Below are positions 15,570 through 30,065 of a stretch of DNA of 64,000 nucleotides, in pieces; the first letter of the stretch is position 1; each line of letters begins with the position of its first letter. The stretch lies in assembly GCF_006345805.1 (NCBI RefSeq), contig NC_043002.1, positions 33,046,001-33,110,000 on the forward strand. Reading direction: 5' to 3'. Source of the DNA: Octopus sinensis. Lineage: Eukaryota. Below the pieces are notes generated by a model that did no database searches, had not been told where the DNA came from, and saw only the letters and a program-made list of their open reading frames with translations. Both the position numbers and the translations under genes were made by a program.

Positions 15570-15778
15570 GAGTTCACTAAAGTGACTGAGGGTGCTAATT
15601 AGTACCAGTATTACTAGAAAAAGTCAATACAACCCAAAAGCTACAAAGCACTATATTACTGACTGACCTTCCCTTGTCAGTCATTAAGATATAGTGATTT
15701 GTGGCTTTTGAGTTGTATTGACTTTTATTTCTAGCAATACTGATACTAATTAGCACCCTCAGTCACTTTAGTGAACTC
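15570..15778. repeat. Imperfect inverted repeat with arms of about 100 bp, next to (TA)n
   Basis: gagttcactaaagtgactgagggtgctaattagta...gactgac pairs with gtcagtc...tactaattagcaccctcagtcactttagtgaactc around an 8-nt spacer. Confidence 0.9.
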
Positions 15779-15841
15779 TATTAATTTGCCTTTAGGTTGT
15801 TAAATTGCTAATCAGCCACCCACTTTATCTGATATATATAT

Positions 15842-16670
<829 letters not shown>

Positions 16671-16930
16671 TAAGTTCTAACGTTTACTTCCGTAACAATG
16701 TAAATTTCCATTCAAATGCACCATAGCACCATAGTAAGCTCATTTAGTTCTGCTCATGCATAAAATCTAGACCAGAATCAGTAGAACAACGACAAAAATA
16801 CATTTTGTGTTTTAAGATATGAGACTTTACATTCAGAGTTCTAATCACGCCAAACTTATGTATGTATGTATGTATGTATGTATGTATGTATGTATGTATG
16901 TATGTATGTATGTATGTATGTATGTATGTA

Positions 16931-17840
16931 TAAAGATAAAGGTGTACAAGGCATGTGTGCTCCCTTCTCTTCTCTATGCCTGCGAGACGTGGGTCACATA
17001 TCGATACCACCTTAAACAACTGGAACGTTTCCATCAGATGTGTCTCAGACGGATCTACGACATTAAGTGGGAGGACCGCATCAGTGATCTTGAAATATTG
17101 GAAGGCTCTCGGTGCAAAAGTATAGAAGCTCTTGTGTTAATGCAAAGGCTCAGATGGAGTGGTCATCTGGTCAGGATGAAGGATTTAAGGATGCCAAAAC
17201 AACTCTTTTATGGAGAGTTAGCTAAAGGAGAGTCACTCCCACATAAACTAAAACAGAGGTATAAGGACTTGTTGAAGGTTTCCTTAAGAGATGCTTGCAT
17301 CTCTCCTGACACATGAGAGGGCATAGCTATTGATCGTAGCAGGTGGAGAAGGATTGTGCACGAGGGGACAACTACTTTTGAGAAATCTCGAGCTGCGCAT
17401 GAGAAAGAAAGAAGGAGTGTCAGAAAGGGCATCGCTGTTACACTTCCAGATGTGAAGGGTCTTCCTATGATGCTGACATCCAGTATCTGTGCAAGACTCT
17501 GCTTCAGTAAAGCTGGACTCACGAGTCATCTTCGTAGTCATAAAGTGAGACAGATGAGGGACAACCTGGCCACTGGTGGTGGTGTTACACACAATACTAA
17601 TCATATCTGTCAGGCATGTGGAAGAGAGTGTAATTCGGCAGGAGGACTTAAACGACATGCAAAGGTACATGAAGCCCAGTTACAACTACAGCCGGCTATT
17701 GCCGGTAAAGGTCTTAGCTGCCAATTCTGTACAAGGCATTGTAGATCTTTAGCTGGGTTAAAAGGTCACATTCGATCACAGCACCAATAACAGTTAAGCT
17801 TCGTGCAATGGCCATACTCGATAACGAGGGGGCAGCCATC
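16931..17840 (+). mobile_element. 5'-truncated RTE (BovB-like) LINE 3' end with three C-terminal C2H2-type fingers, embedded in (TATG)n
   Basis: [17 protein letters not shown]...LRWSGHLVRM...PKQLFYGEL motifs, one internal stop at 17314-17316, fingers C..C.....GL..H...H three times (the first degenerate), and a 3' hairpin before (ATGT)n. Confidence 0.9.
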
Positions 17841-17880
17841 ATGTATGTAAGTATATATGTATGTATGTATGTGTATGTAG

Positions 17881-17911
<31 letters not shown>

Positions 17912-17914
17912 GTG

Positions 17915-17985
<71 letters not shown>

Positions 17986-18780
17986 CAAGCATTAATTGAA
18001 AGCTCATTTAGAAATATGTTGTAATATGCCAACAAAGATTCGATTCAGTTGCCTTCTTCGAACTATCAACTTTTCGTTTGTTAAGACATTGCGTGCGTGC
18101 GTATGTGTGCGCGCACGAAACGGAAATGCGATAGGAGAAATAAGAAAGATTTTCTTCAGGCATGTATTTAGCTAACAGATTTCGAATATGGTACATTACA
18201 TAACATTCCGGATAAATTTTATAAACTTAGCTCCTCGTCCAGAACGTGCAGTGCTGACCAATCAACTGGAAGCGATTAGGATTAATTTCAAATAAGGAGG
18301 ATAGTTCATGACATGCCCTTAGGGAATAGACCGATTTTCTGAAGGAAAGAGGAGAACTATGGACACGTATTACTATATCAACAAGCATCATCGGTAATTA
18401 TCATACCTCTGTTCGGCAAACGAGACACTTAGATATATACAAAAAAAGGGAGTAGAACACATTTACGGTGTAATTTGCATAAATGGAATGAAAATAGGAG
18501 AGAGGCATGTAACGTGATCGTGAACAATGGCATGTAACAAAGAGGAATACGGGTATATTAAACAACATAAAAGCATCGTTTAAACACAGACACGCACACA
18601 CGCACAGAAAGAAGATGAAAGACGAAAGGCGTATCTATCCATGCCTTTATAGTTGTTCGCGTATATGCGTATGTGTTTGTATTTTATATGTATGCGCATG
18701 AGTGTGTTGGAGTATACACAACACACGCACACATATGAACACATATGATGCATACATATATATATGTTGGGGTGGTGGGG

Positions 18781-19064
18781 CAGTGGCGGACTGGCCAGGT
18801 TGCCAGGTTGCCCGATGGCAAGTGTGCCCCTGCACCATTAGAATCTATATAGAGTGGTACATTTTAGTATCTAGGGACCCATCCCCTCAAATTTGAGAAT
18901 TTTTTATTCACTCCTGGAAGAATGCATTCATTATTTCAGCCTGGCTGCGTTTGTAGACAGTTGAAAAGAATACTTTTAACAATAAAAAAAAAAATGATAG
19001 CATTGTAGATACGGGTGGCCCCCTTTAATCTCCTGGCAATATTTTTAGACCCAGTGCACCACTG
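18781..19064. mobile_element. hAT-like MITE
   Basis: Terminal inverted repeats cagtggcggactgg / ccagtgcaccactg; no clear TSD. Confidence 0.55.
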
Positions 19065-19162
19065 CGTGTGTGTGTAAGTATATATAAAGTATACGTATAT
19101 TATATATATTATATATATTATATATATAATATATGATATATCATGATATATATGTATATATA

Positions 19163-19256
<94 letters not shown>

Positions 19257-19555
19257 CATTAGACATTCATATATGTATATATAAATTTGTATGTAAATAT
19301 ATATATACATATGTATAGATATACATATAGTATATAGTATATGTGTTATATACACACACATACATACATGTATATATGTGCGTGTGGTGCATGTGCGTCT
19401 TCATATATATGTGCGTGTGTATGCGTGTGTGTGAGTGTGCATGTGTATGTGAGTGTGTGCACACGCGCGCATATATGTAGGTTCTTATATATTTGCAAGG
19501 TACGCGTGCATTTACACAGAACTTGTGTCAATAAGAATATTTAAATATTGTTTAC

Positions 19556-19619
19556 CTGCGGATATGGCCACTAAGACGATTAAATGTATCGGCACTGAGC
19601 AGGAATTACTAACGAACAT
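19556..19619 (-). CDS. First coding exon (signal peptide) of a Ly6/uPAR three-finger-like secreted or GPI-anchored protein
   Basis: Minus strand reads taa gga ttt aat acc ATG ... MFVSNSCSVPIHLIVLVAISA-G|GTAAAC. It has an in-frame upstream stop, an ACC-ATG context, a hydrophobic core, and a phase-1 donor matching the phase-1 acceptor of exon 9827-9984. Confidence 0.7.
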
Positions 19620-20042
19620 GGTATTAAATCCTTAGAACAAGAAGTCACAAATGGTAAGAGAAGCAGCTACAGAATCCAGTTTTATTCGGTGGCAAGTCTC
19701 TACAAGAACTACGGCGTCAAGTAACCTGTTGGTTTTATGCAACACTGACCACATGCTACTGATAAATCACTTCATTATTGATTCAATCTTAATATCTCAG
19801 ATGGATGCTGTGTGGTTATATTACACTCCTACATCACCACAAATACATACTTTGCTCTAAGTTGCAGTTGACGCAAACAGATTGGATTTTGTTTTGTTTC
19901 TTACTTTTTTTTTTACCTGATGCTTTTCTTTTATTCTTTTCGTTTCTCTTTTTAACTTACCTTAATTGTACTCATTTGATCAACTTTCGCCACATCGTAC
20001 ATACTCACGCACTCTAACCCAATTTCTTATATATATATATGT

Positions 20043-20106
<64 letters not shown>

Positions 20107-20345
20107 ATAGTAGTGTCATTGAGACCCAAAGGTGTCAGGTAATGCTGAATAAGTGCTCTAGACAGACCATAGTTAAATTTCAGATTCGGTAATATTGCGA
20201 ATAAAGGGTTCAAGCGTTGGTTATGTCAGCGTGTGTATATAAGAATTTTTTGCGTAATAAGATAAAACACCAAGGTTGTATAGATATTAGAGCATGCTCT
20301 AATATCAATACAGCCTTGGTTTTTTATCTTATTACGCAAAAAATG

Positions 20346-20379
<34 letters not shown>

Positions 20380-20849
20380 TATATATAATATATATATATA
20401 TATATATGGGGACAACTGTCTTTGAAGACTCATAAAAGAGTCATCGTCGAATGCTCGAAATGAGGAGTAGATAGACAGCCGACAACTGATGAAGGGTCCT
20501 TTCTCGGTGTTTACTTATTTCATTTTGTTTGCACAGTTGGTGACACCAAGGACCCATATATAATATATATATATATATATTATATATATATATATATATA
20601 TAATATATATATATATGTATATATATATATATTAATATGTATGCATATATATATGTATATATGTATGCATGCATGTGTGTGTGCGCACGCACGCAGGTGC
20701 AATGCACTGTTCCGTTGTTGTTGAGGTCAACAAAAGAAAGTAATCCATTTGGTGAGATGTAAATATTTAATTAAGTGAAATTGATAACTCAAAGGATTCT
20801 ACCAAAACAAACAAAATCCTGCGTATACATGTACATACACGCATGACTT

Positions 20850-21150
20850 AGTCTTTGTAAGCCTAGTACTTATTCTATCGGTCTCTTTTGACGAACCGCT
20901 AAGTTACGGGGACGTAAACACACCAACATCGGTTGTCAAGCGCTATTGGGGGGACAAACACAGACACACAAATATACACGCATATATATAAACGACGGGC
21001 TTCTTTCAGTTTCCATTTAACAAATCCACTAACAAGGTTTTGGTCGGCCCGAGGCTATAGTAGAAGACATTTGCACAAGATGACACGCAGTGGGATTGAA
21101 CCTGGAACTATGTGGTTGGGAAGGAAGCTTCTTACCACACAGCCACTCCT
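20850..21150 (-). mobile_element. tRNA-derived SINE, family C
   Basis: Matches 29540-29999. Confidence 0.8.
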
Positions 21151-22629
21151 ATAGAAAATAAAATTTATATACAGATTGCACTGCAGGACATTCTCTTTAT
21201 AGCTAGTCGACTGGAAATGTCAACAATTTCGGCATCTTCTGGGAACACTGAAACTAGCACTACTCATCAAAGTTCTTTTAATCCATTCTGCAACAAGAAT
21301 TCCCCACCTTACAACCCACTCCGCCATCATTTATATACCCACAAGAACTAACTGAACGCAGCTGCATCCGCTCCAACCATACAACAACCAGTTTATCTTA
21401 ACATTCGCTGAGAATTTACACTTTGGGCCTCACCAATGGGATTTTTCCCCTCTCGCATGTATATACAGTATCCATGGCACCACATTTTCTGCTTCCCTCT
21501 CCAATTCACCAGTTCCTCTTCTCATAGTAAAGTGTGATGGTAGCCAAGTGAAACATTGAAGATCTAGCTACAAGTCCATGAGGTTGCATCTCTGCTGGAA
21601 CCACCGTAAATGTTTTCATGCTTTATATCATTCCCTAAGTCTTTTATAATTTAGACTCTATCATTGATGCACACATTCCGTACAACCTTCACAAGGCACT
21701 GCCCCCTGAATGATTACAAAGTTTTTCTGTCAAATCAGACCGCACCAAAAAGTCAGGGCATTGTTTCATTATTAAATACAGCTTGAAATCATGAGCACTT
21801 CCTTCAAATCCACATATACTTTCCAACTATTGGCTCTATGCGGACGGCTGGGATAGAAGTCATACCTTGTTTGCACTCCAGCATTGCCCTTTTTTCACCC
21901 TTAATGTTAAAAAACGAGTAAATCTTATAGTTTTTGTATCTGGTTTCCATGATTCTTTACGTGAATTTGTGTGTTGAAACAAATTTTGATGTCTGGAGAG
22001 ATTGGAAAAGCAAATATATAAACAATAAATGAGTGGAAATTGAATCGGTGAATGTGTTAGATATTAAGGCAGCATGATCCTCCCCAAACATAAGATTTTT
22101 GCAAATAGTGTTTACTGGGTAATTTTTAAGTTTTAAGATTTCCATAAAAGCGTTATTGTATACTTCCTACACACTTTTCATTCTATTTCTCGTATGTGTA
22201 TTAGCAGTTATGTTACCTTTTCAGTATCAGCAAGAATGAAACTTACTATAACTGATAACTTTGTTCATTTAAACTAATTAATCTAAAGTAAATTTATTTA
22301 TTTCTTCATTAAAATTTGCATTATATGTTTTATCTATTATCTTTTATCTTTTGCTTTGTTTCAGTTATCTGACTGCGGCCACGCTAGAGCACCGATTCAA
22401 GCGATTTATAATGTTACTGAATAACTCAGTACTTCTTAGTAAACAAAATTATAAATAGCCCTATTGTTTTCATTTAAGTATCATAGGCTTTGTAATTCTA
22501 ATACGTAATAACCGTAAAGGAGACTCGTGGAGAATTTAAAAATATAAGCTTATGAAAATCCTTTTCTTTCACAGGTGTACATATGCACAATTAATTTTAG
22601 AAACTGGCTCACACACTCACGCACGCACG

Positions 22630-22674
<45 letters not shown>

Positions 22675-23559
22675 ACACACACACACATAAAATACATGCC
22701 AGTCGCACATTTCTTTAAAATGTAAAATAAATAGCAAATGACATTTTTTAACATGAAACTTTACAACAGTCAGTCCATTTACAAGAACAATGCTTAGCTA
22801 TTGTTTTCCTTTCGACCGCGTAACAACATATATCCAGTAAACTTTCTCGTCTTTTCTTTCCCCACCCCACAACCATTCTTCATTTCGTTTTACTGACCTT
22901 TATGCTTGCACAGTTTCTTGACTTTAACTATTTATATAGTTTACTAACTTGAATAAAATAAAAATTCCTTTTGTTGAAATTCTTAACAAATTGAAAAGCA
23001 CATTATGTACGCCTCATTCTTTTGACAAAATTTTTTATTTAAAAAACACAAGGAGGGAACTATTTCTTCACTGGTCGGGAAGTTCTAGTCAACTGATATA
23101 AATGTTGAAAATAATAAGAAGAGTGTTTGAAAAAAACAACGTTGAACAAAAAGAGATAAAATGATTACATTTAAACAGACACTAAGACACTTTAAGCAGC
23201 ATAAACACATTTTTGATAATGTTGTAAGTAAGAGAAAAAATTTGCTAGCGCTTCTAATCCAAGGGAGTCATTCAATATAAATCAGCTCCCGAGAAAAAAA
23301 AAACATGATAAATAAAAGAACACGGCAAAGGTTATATTGCGAAAGATGGTATTTCCTTGACTGCGGAATACAGTATCTGACTACAACGAGCTGGAAAAAA
23401 GAAAATGAAGTGATAATTAAAAGAGTAAATTTGTTCCGAATTTGTGGGCCAATTAGATGATAAACTATTTGTAAAACTCCTCACTAGAAAGCAGCTACCC
23501 AGAGGACGTTAAGGGATTGGAACAACGTCTAAAACCGAAAATGTTCTCACTTACTTTCG

Positions 23560-24710
23560 GCAGTCTCGGCACTAATACCAAGAGGAAAAAGGTATTTGGT
23601 ATTGTGGAATGCTCTGACCACACATTTTGCTCCACACCTCTGGGGTGAGCTTTGCTTTTCATCCCACCGAGGTCGATAAAGCAAAGTAACAACTTACGTT
23701 ACCCCTTACGACCAAAACTGCTGATTTTGTGCCTAATTTAGAAACCTTTAATTAATGGACGGTTGGCTAGTAGAATCGTTAGAGCTTTGATCAAAAGGCC
23801 TTAGGTTCTTTCAAAGATCTGGTTTCAAATCCAGCTGAGTTCAACTTTACTTTTCATTCTTTCGGTGTCGATGAAATAAATTACCAGCTACCTACTGTAA
23901 TTGGTTTTCTCAACTTGCCGCCGTCTTTCATAATTGTTTGTCTTTTATATTAATATGAAAAAAATATATAAAGGGCGGTGAACTAACAGAATCGTCCCAG
24001 AGCCGGAAAAAGAGAGTCGCTATTTGTTTCGGCTCTTTACTTTTATATTCGATTTTTGCCGAGGTTAACTATCTTTCATGCTTTCGGGAGCGATAAAATA
24101 AAGTACCACTCAAGTACTGTGGTCGATGGCATCGACTAATGCCTTTCCCTCAAAATGTTGAGCCCTTTGTCTTAATCAAAGGCCATTAGTATTAAAGCAG
24201 CAACTGGGCGAAATGCTTAGCAGTTTTACGTTCTGAGTTCAAATTCCGCCGAGGTCGACTTTATTTTTTATCCTTTCGGGGCCGATAAATTAAGTACCAG
24301 TTGGGTACTGGGGTCGATCTAATCGACTGGCCCCATCCTCCCAAAAATTTCGGGCCTTGTGCTTAGAGTAAAGAGAAAAGAATATGCTTAGCAGTATTTC
24401 GTCTGGCCTTACATTCGGACACGTGTGCTTATAGTAGAAAGGACTATTATTATCATTTAAGGCAACGAGCACATCGGACAAAGTACTTCATTCTTTTATA
24501 CGTTTCAGTCTTGAAGCTGCGGCCATGCTGGGGCAGAGCAATTCTTCCGGCTCTTTCCCTTTTGAGTTCAAATCCCGCCGAGGTTGAATTTGCTTTTCAT
24601 CCATTCGAGGCTCGGTGGAATAAAGTACAAGTAAAGTACTGTCGCCGATGTAATCAACCTTCTCCCTCACCTCAAAACTGCTGGCATTGTGCCAAAATTG
24701 AAAAGAGTCA
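23560..24710 (+). mobile_element. Cluster of about five family A SINE copies of varying age
   Basis: Repeated gaggtcgactttgcctttcatcc...gataaa...agtaccag cores at roughly 23650, 23840, 24060, 24250 and 24580. Confidence 0.75.
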
Positions 24711-24759
24711 TCATCATCATCATCATTCATAGTGGATGGTAGAATCAATAGAGATACTG

Positions 24760-25070
24760 AGCAATGGGGTATCATCCCCTAATATAACAAACATTTCGGC
24801 ATGAATGTCCTTGGGGGGCTAAACCCTTTTCCTGCAGGTACTTGATAACACCACGATGCCAAATTCTGTCCATTTTCCAGAGAAGTTAATACTGCTTACT
24901 TTAGAAGTCGTCTTTGAACAGTCATATGTCAGTTTAGCTGAAAGAAAACAATGCAGTTGTTAATATAAAACAAAAAATGAAGGGCTGAAATTAAAGCATG
25001 CGAAATTTCACAGCTCAAGTATCAAAGTATCACTCAATAGTCAGCTTATGAACTTTTCAGCCAACCCTCG
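24760..25070 (-). mobile_element. 5' fragment of a mariner (Hsmar2/irritans-like TIR)
   Basis: TA followed by the TIR cgagggttggctgaaaagttcat; transposase N-terminus MDRIWHRGVIKYLQEKGLAP/KDIHAEM. Confidence 0.7.
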
Positions 25071-25176
25071 TACATGAATGCGTATGTGTGTGTGCGTGTG
25101 TACATATATATGTGTATGTATATGTATATATACATATGTGTGTGTGTGTGTGTATGTGTGTGTGTGTGTATACATT

Positions 25177-25215
<39 letters not shown>

Positions 25216-25699
25216 TACTCAGTTTATGTATACATATGTATATATGTATATATAAGCTCAACAATCACCATATATGTGCGTAAGTAAATACATACTCGTA
25301 CTTATATATATGAATACTTATACTCACAGACACACATACATGCATATATGAATTTTGTATACACCATTCCACACACACACACGAACTCACGCATACACAA
25401 ACGCACTACATATAAAAGTTTAGTCGATTATGACTTCTACCACAACTACCATCACCGCTACTACCAGCCTAACCCTCATCTCTAGCCAACATCCTACCAC
25501 CACCAACATCGCAACTACAAGATTCAGATTCCCCTTGGTTCATACAAAATCATGAACGAACATGTACGTCTGATTTTTATTGGCATCGAATGTATCGAAT
25601 GTACAGGCATAGAGCGCATTGGTCGGGTGGAGGATGATAGAGTGATCGATAATGATTGATTGTGTTATTTGGTTGTTTGTGTGTTTATATAAACGTAAA

Positions 25700-26650
25700 C
25701 ATACATATATATGTATGCATGTATGTGTGTATACACGTGCTTGTATGCATGCATTTATGTATGTATATGTGCTTGTATGTGTGCATAAATGTATATATAC
25801 ATAGGTGCTTGTATGTATGCATGTATGTAGACAAATGTGCTTGTATGCATGCACGTATACATATGTGCTTGTATGTATGCATACATGAATACATATATAT
25901 GTGCTTGTATGTATGCAAGTATGCATATATATGTGTGCTTGTGTGTATGCATGCATGTATGTATACATATGTGCTTGTATGTATGTTTGCATGTATGTAT
26001 ACATATGCGCTTGTATGCATGTATGCATATGTGCTTGTATGTATGCATACATGTTTATATACATAGGTGCTTGTATATATGCATGTATGTAGACAATGTG
26101 CTTGTATGTATGCACGTATGCATATGTGCTTGTATGTATGTATGCATGTATGTATACATATGCGCTTGTATGCATGCATACATGTTTATATACATAGGTG
26201 CTTGTATATATGCATGTATGTAGACAATGTGCTTGTATGTATGCACGTATGCATATGTGCTTGTATGTATGCATGTATGTATACATATGCGCTTGTATGC
26301 ATGTATGCATATGTGCTTGTATGTATGTTTGCATGTATGTATACATATGCGCTTGTATGCATGTATGCATATGTGCTTGTATGTATGCATACATGTTTAT
26401 ATACATAGGTGCTTGTATATATGCATGTATGTAGACAATGTGCTTGTATGTATGCACGTATGCATATGTGCTTGTATGTATGTATGCATGTATGTATACA
26501 TATGCGCTTGTATGCATGCATACATGTTTATATACATAGGTGCTTGTATATATGCATGTATGTAGACAATGTGCTTGTATGTATGCACGTATGCATATGT
26601 GCTTGTGTGTATGTATGCATGTATGTATACATATGCGCTTGTACGTATGT
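25700..26650. repeat. Complex minisatellite (tgcttgtatgtatgcatg... units) with a 342-bp higher-order duplication
   Basis: Marker agacaatgtgc at 26091, 26222, 26433 and 26564 (spacings 131, 211, 131). Confidence 0.85.
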
Positions 26651-26805
26651 ATTTATGATGGTTGTGTGGTTAAGAAAGTCGCTTTATAGCCACTTAATTT
26701 CGGGTTCAGTTCCACTTTGGTCAAGTGCTTTGTACTATGGTAGCCCGCGTCAACCAATACCTTCTTAGTGAATTTGGTAGCTGAAAACTGTCTAGAAGCC
26801 TATCG

Positions 26806-26839
<34 letters not shown>

Positions 26840-26845
<6 letters not shown>

Positions 26846-27567
26846 GTGTGTGTGTGTGTGTATGTGCGTGTGTGCGTGTGCGTGTGTATGTATATGTGTA
26901 TGTTTGTTTCCTACCACCACCATCATCATCATCACCACTTGACAACTGGTGTTATTTTGCTTACGTCCCCGTAAATTAGCGGTTCGATAAAGGGGGGACG
27001 ATAAAATAAATGCCAAGCTTAAATATATGTGCTGATGTCGATCTGTTCGACGAAAACCTTTCAAGTCGATGCCGCAGCATGACCGTAGTAAACGATTAAA
27101 GATGTATGTATGTATGTATGTATGTATTTATGTAAGTATGTATGTATGTATGTATGTATGTATAGACCCAGCATAGCCGACTAGTTAAGAAGTTGATCTC
27201 CAAATCAAAAGGTTTTGTGGTTCGATCTCAATCTGTGACATAATGAACAAGTGCCTTTTACCAAAGTATTGGTTTAACTTACACACCCTGTTACATTGAA
27301 TTGACATGTGTCTCTTGAATATTCATCCACATGTTATTTAACAAGGAAATATTTTATGTTGATCAAGCAGCTAAATGCTCATCGTCGAAACCAACGGATG
27401 ATCCAGCATCATTGTCATCGTCGTCGTCATAATGTATATGTATTGTGCGTGTGCGTGTGCGCACGCATATATCTCTATCGGTACGTACATATGGATGGAT
27501 GGATAGATGTTTGTGATTAAAAAGGCATGTAAGCTTTCCTATATAAATTGATATGATGGTATATGTG

Positions 27568-27647
<80 letters not shown>

Positions 27648-27912
27648 GCATGCACACACACACACATACACACACATACACTTGGCATACACGCACTCAT
27701 ACACACTGGCATAATTTTGGACAAGCATGAAAGAATTTTGTGCCAGGTATGGTAAGTGAATTTATTAATGTAAAGTTAGGTGTTACTTGGGGTGTCATAC
27801 TGTGTGTGTGTGTGTGTGTACGTGCGTGCGTGTGTGTGTGTGCGCGCGCGTGCATGTGTCTGCGTGCGTGTGTGTGTCTGTGTGTATCTTTGTGTGTCGG
27901 TGTGTGTGTGTG

Positions 27913-27946
<34 letters not shown>

Positions 27947-29050
27947 GTGCGTGTGCGTGTGTATGTATATGTGTATGTTTGTTTCCTACCACCACCATCA
28001 TCATCATCACCACTTGACAACTGGTGTTATTTTGCTTACGTCCCCGTAAATTAGCGGTTCGATAAAGGGGGGACGATAAAATAAATGCCAAGCTTAAATA
28101 TATGTGCTGATGTCGATCTGTTCGACGAAAACCTTTCAAGTCGATGCCGCAGCATGACCGTAGTAAACGATTAAAGATGTATGTATGTATGTATGTATGT
28201 ATTTATGTAAGTATGTATGTATGTATGTATGTATGTATGTATAGACCCAGCATAGCCGACTAGTTAAGAAGTTGATCTCCAAATCAAAAGGTTTTGTGGT
28301 TCGATCTCAATCTGTGACATAATGAACAAGTGCCTTTTACCAAAGTATTGGTTTAACTTACACACCCTGTTACATTGAATTGACATGTGTCTCTTGAATA
28401 TTCATCCACATGTTATTTAACAAGGAAATATTTTATGTTGATCAAGCAGCTAAATGCTCATCGTCGAAACCAACGGATGATCCAGCATCATTGTCATCGT
28501 CGTCGTCATAATGTATATGTATTGTGCGTGTGCGTGTGCGCACGCATATATCTCTATCGGTACGTACATATGGATGGATGGATAGATGTTTGTGATTAAA
28601 AAGGCATGTAAGCTTTCCTATATAAATTGATATGATGGTATATGTGTATATATATATAAATATATATATATATGCATGCACACACACACACATACACACA
28701 CATACACCTTGGCATACACGCACTCATACACACTGGCATAATTTTGGACAAGCATGAAAGAATTTTGTGCCAGGTATGGTAAGTGAATTTATTAATGTAA
28801 AGTTAGGTGTTACTTGGGGTGTCATACTGTGTGTGTGTGTGTGTGTACGTGCGTGCGTGTGTGTGTGTGCGCGCGCGTGCATGTGTCTGCGTGCGTTTGT
28901 GTGTCTGTGTGTATCTTTGTGTGTCGGTGTGTGTGTGTGTGTGTGTGTGTACGTGCGTGCGTGTGTGTGTGTGCGCGCGCGTGCATGTGTCTGCGTGCGT
29001 GTGTGTGTCTGTGTGTATCTTTGTGTGTCGGTGTGTGTGTGTGTGTGTGT
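26840..29050. repeat. Tandem duplication of about 1.08 kb (includes the 3' half of a family C SINE)
   Basis: Identical ORFs 27308-27520 and 28387-28599 (offset 1079); the copies differ mainly in microsatellite length. Confidence 0.9.
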
Positions 29051-29539
29051 ATTGGAGATTTGTTATCCTATAAAGAAACTTTTGCAAGAAAGTGTTTCTG
29101 TGTGGATAATAAGTACCTATCCGAAGCAGATTATGCTGGCGGAGTGATAATAATTAGAAAAATCAACACTAGAATTCAAACCAATACCGGATAGTTTGAT
29201 AAGGGAGAGATGCAAGTTTGGTTAGGTCTGGTTTGGTTTGGTTTGGTTTGGTTTGGACATCAAATGTACAAATGCCAGTTCATAAAGTGACAGTATAGGA
29301 GACAAAGACTTCGGATACTGTGGGTGCAATAGCTTATCTGGTTTGGGGTTTAGGAAAAGGATTTTTAAAAGTAGACAAGCAATGAACACATCAATATGGG
29401 TAAGTTAGACCAACAAAGTAGATATTTATGTACCTTTGATAAAATCAATATCACTAACTAACTAACTTTATGGGCATCGATCTTGGCACATTTCCACTAG
29501 ATCCTGACGCAAAATTCTAAGCTTTTGATCAAAGAATCT

Positions 29540-29773
29540 CTTACTCTTTTACTTGTTTAAGTCATTTGACTGTGGCCATGCTGGAGCACCACCTTTAGTC
29601 GAGCAAATCGACCCCAGGACTTATTATTTGTAAGCCTATTACTTATTCTATCGGTCTCTTTTGCCGAACCGCTAAGTTATGGGGACATGAACACACCAGC
29701 ATCGGTTGTCAAGCGATGTTGAGGGGACAAACACAGACACACAAACATACACACATGCACACACACACACACG

Positions 29774-29835
<62 letters not shown>

Positions 29836-29999
29836 CATATATACGACGGGCTTCTTTCAGTTTCCGTCTACCAAATCCACTCACAAGGCTTTGGTCGGCC
29901 CGAGGCTATAGTAGAAGACACTTGCCCAAGATGCCACGCAGTGGGACTGAACCCGGAACCATGTAGCTGGTAAGCAAGCTACTTACCACACAGCCACTC
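29540..29999 (-). mobile_element. Full-length tRNA-derived SINE, family C, with an internal (TA)/(TG) microsatellite
   Basis: Head gagtggctgtgtggtaagtagc...ccgggttcagtcccactgcgtggc; tail ...gctccagcatggccacagtcaaatgac. Confidence 0.85.
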
Positions 30000-30065
30000 G
30001 AATCGTTGGCAAAATATTAAGAATCAAATGGCAAGATTATGTAACCAACGAGAAACTTGGAGAAA

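Noticed and set aside
16819-17790. Stand-alone host C2H2 zinc-finger gene
   Set aside because: In frame with RTE reverse-transcriptase C-terminal motifs, 5'-truncated, with an internal stop and a retroposon tail.
24900-24937. 38-nt minus-strand segment with strong acceptor and donor sites
   Set aside because: Lies in the 5' leader of the mariner fragment. It could at most be an exonised UTR piece, and there is no support for a host coding exon.
25540-26517. 325-aa ORF and overlapping ORFs
   Set aside because: Read-through of the TATG/TGCA minisatellite; several frames on both strands are open and the products are low-complexity.
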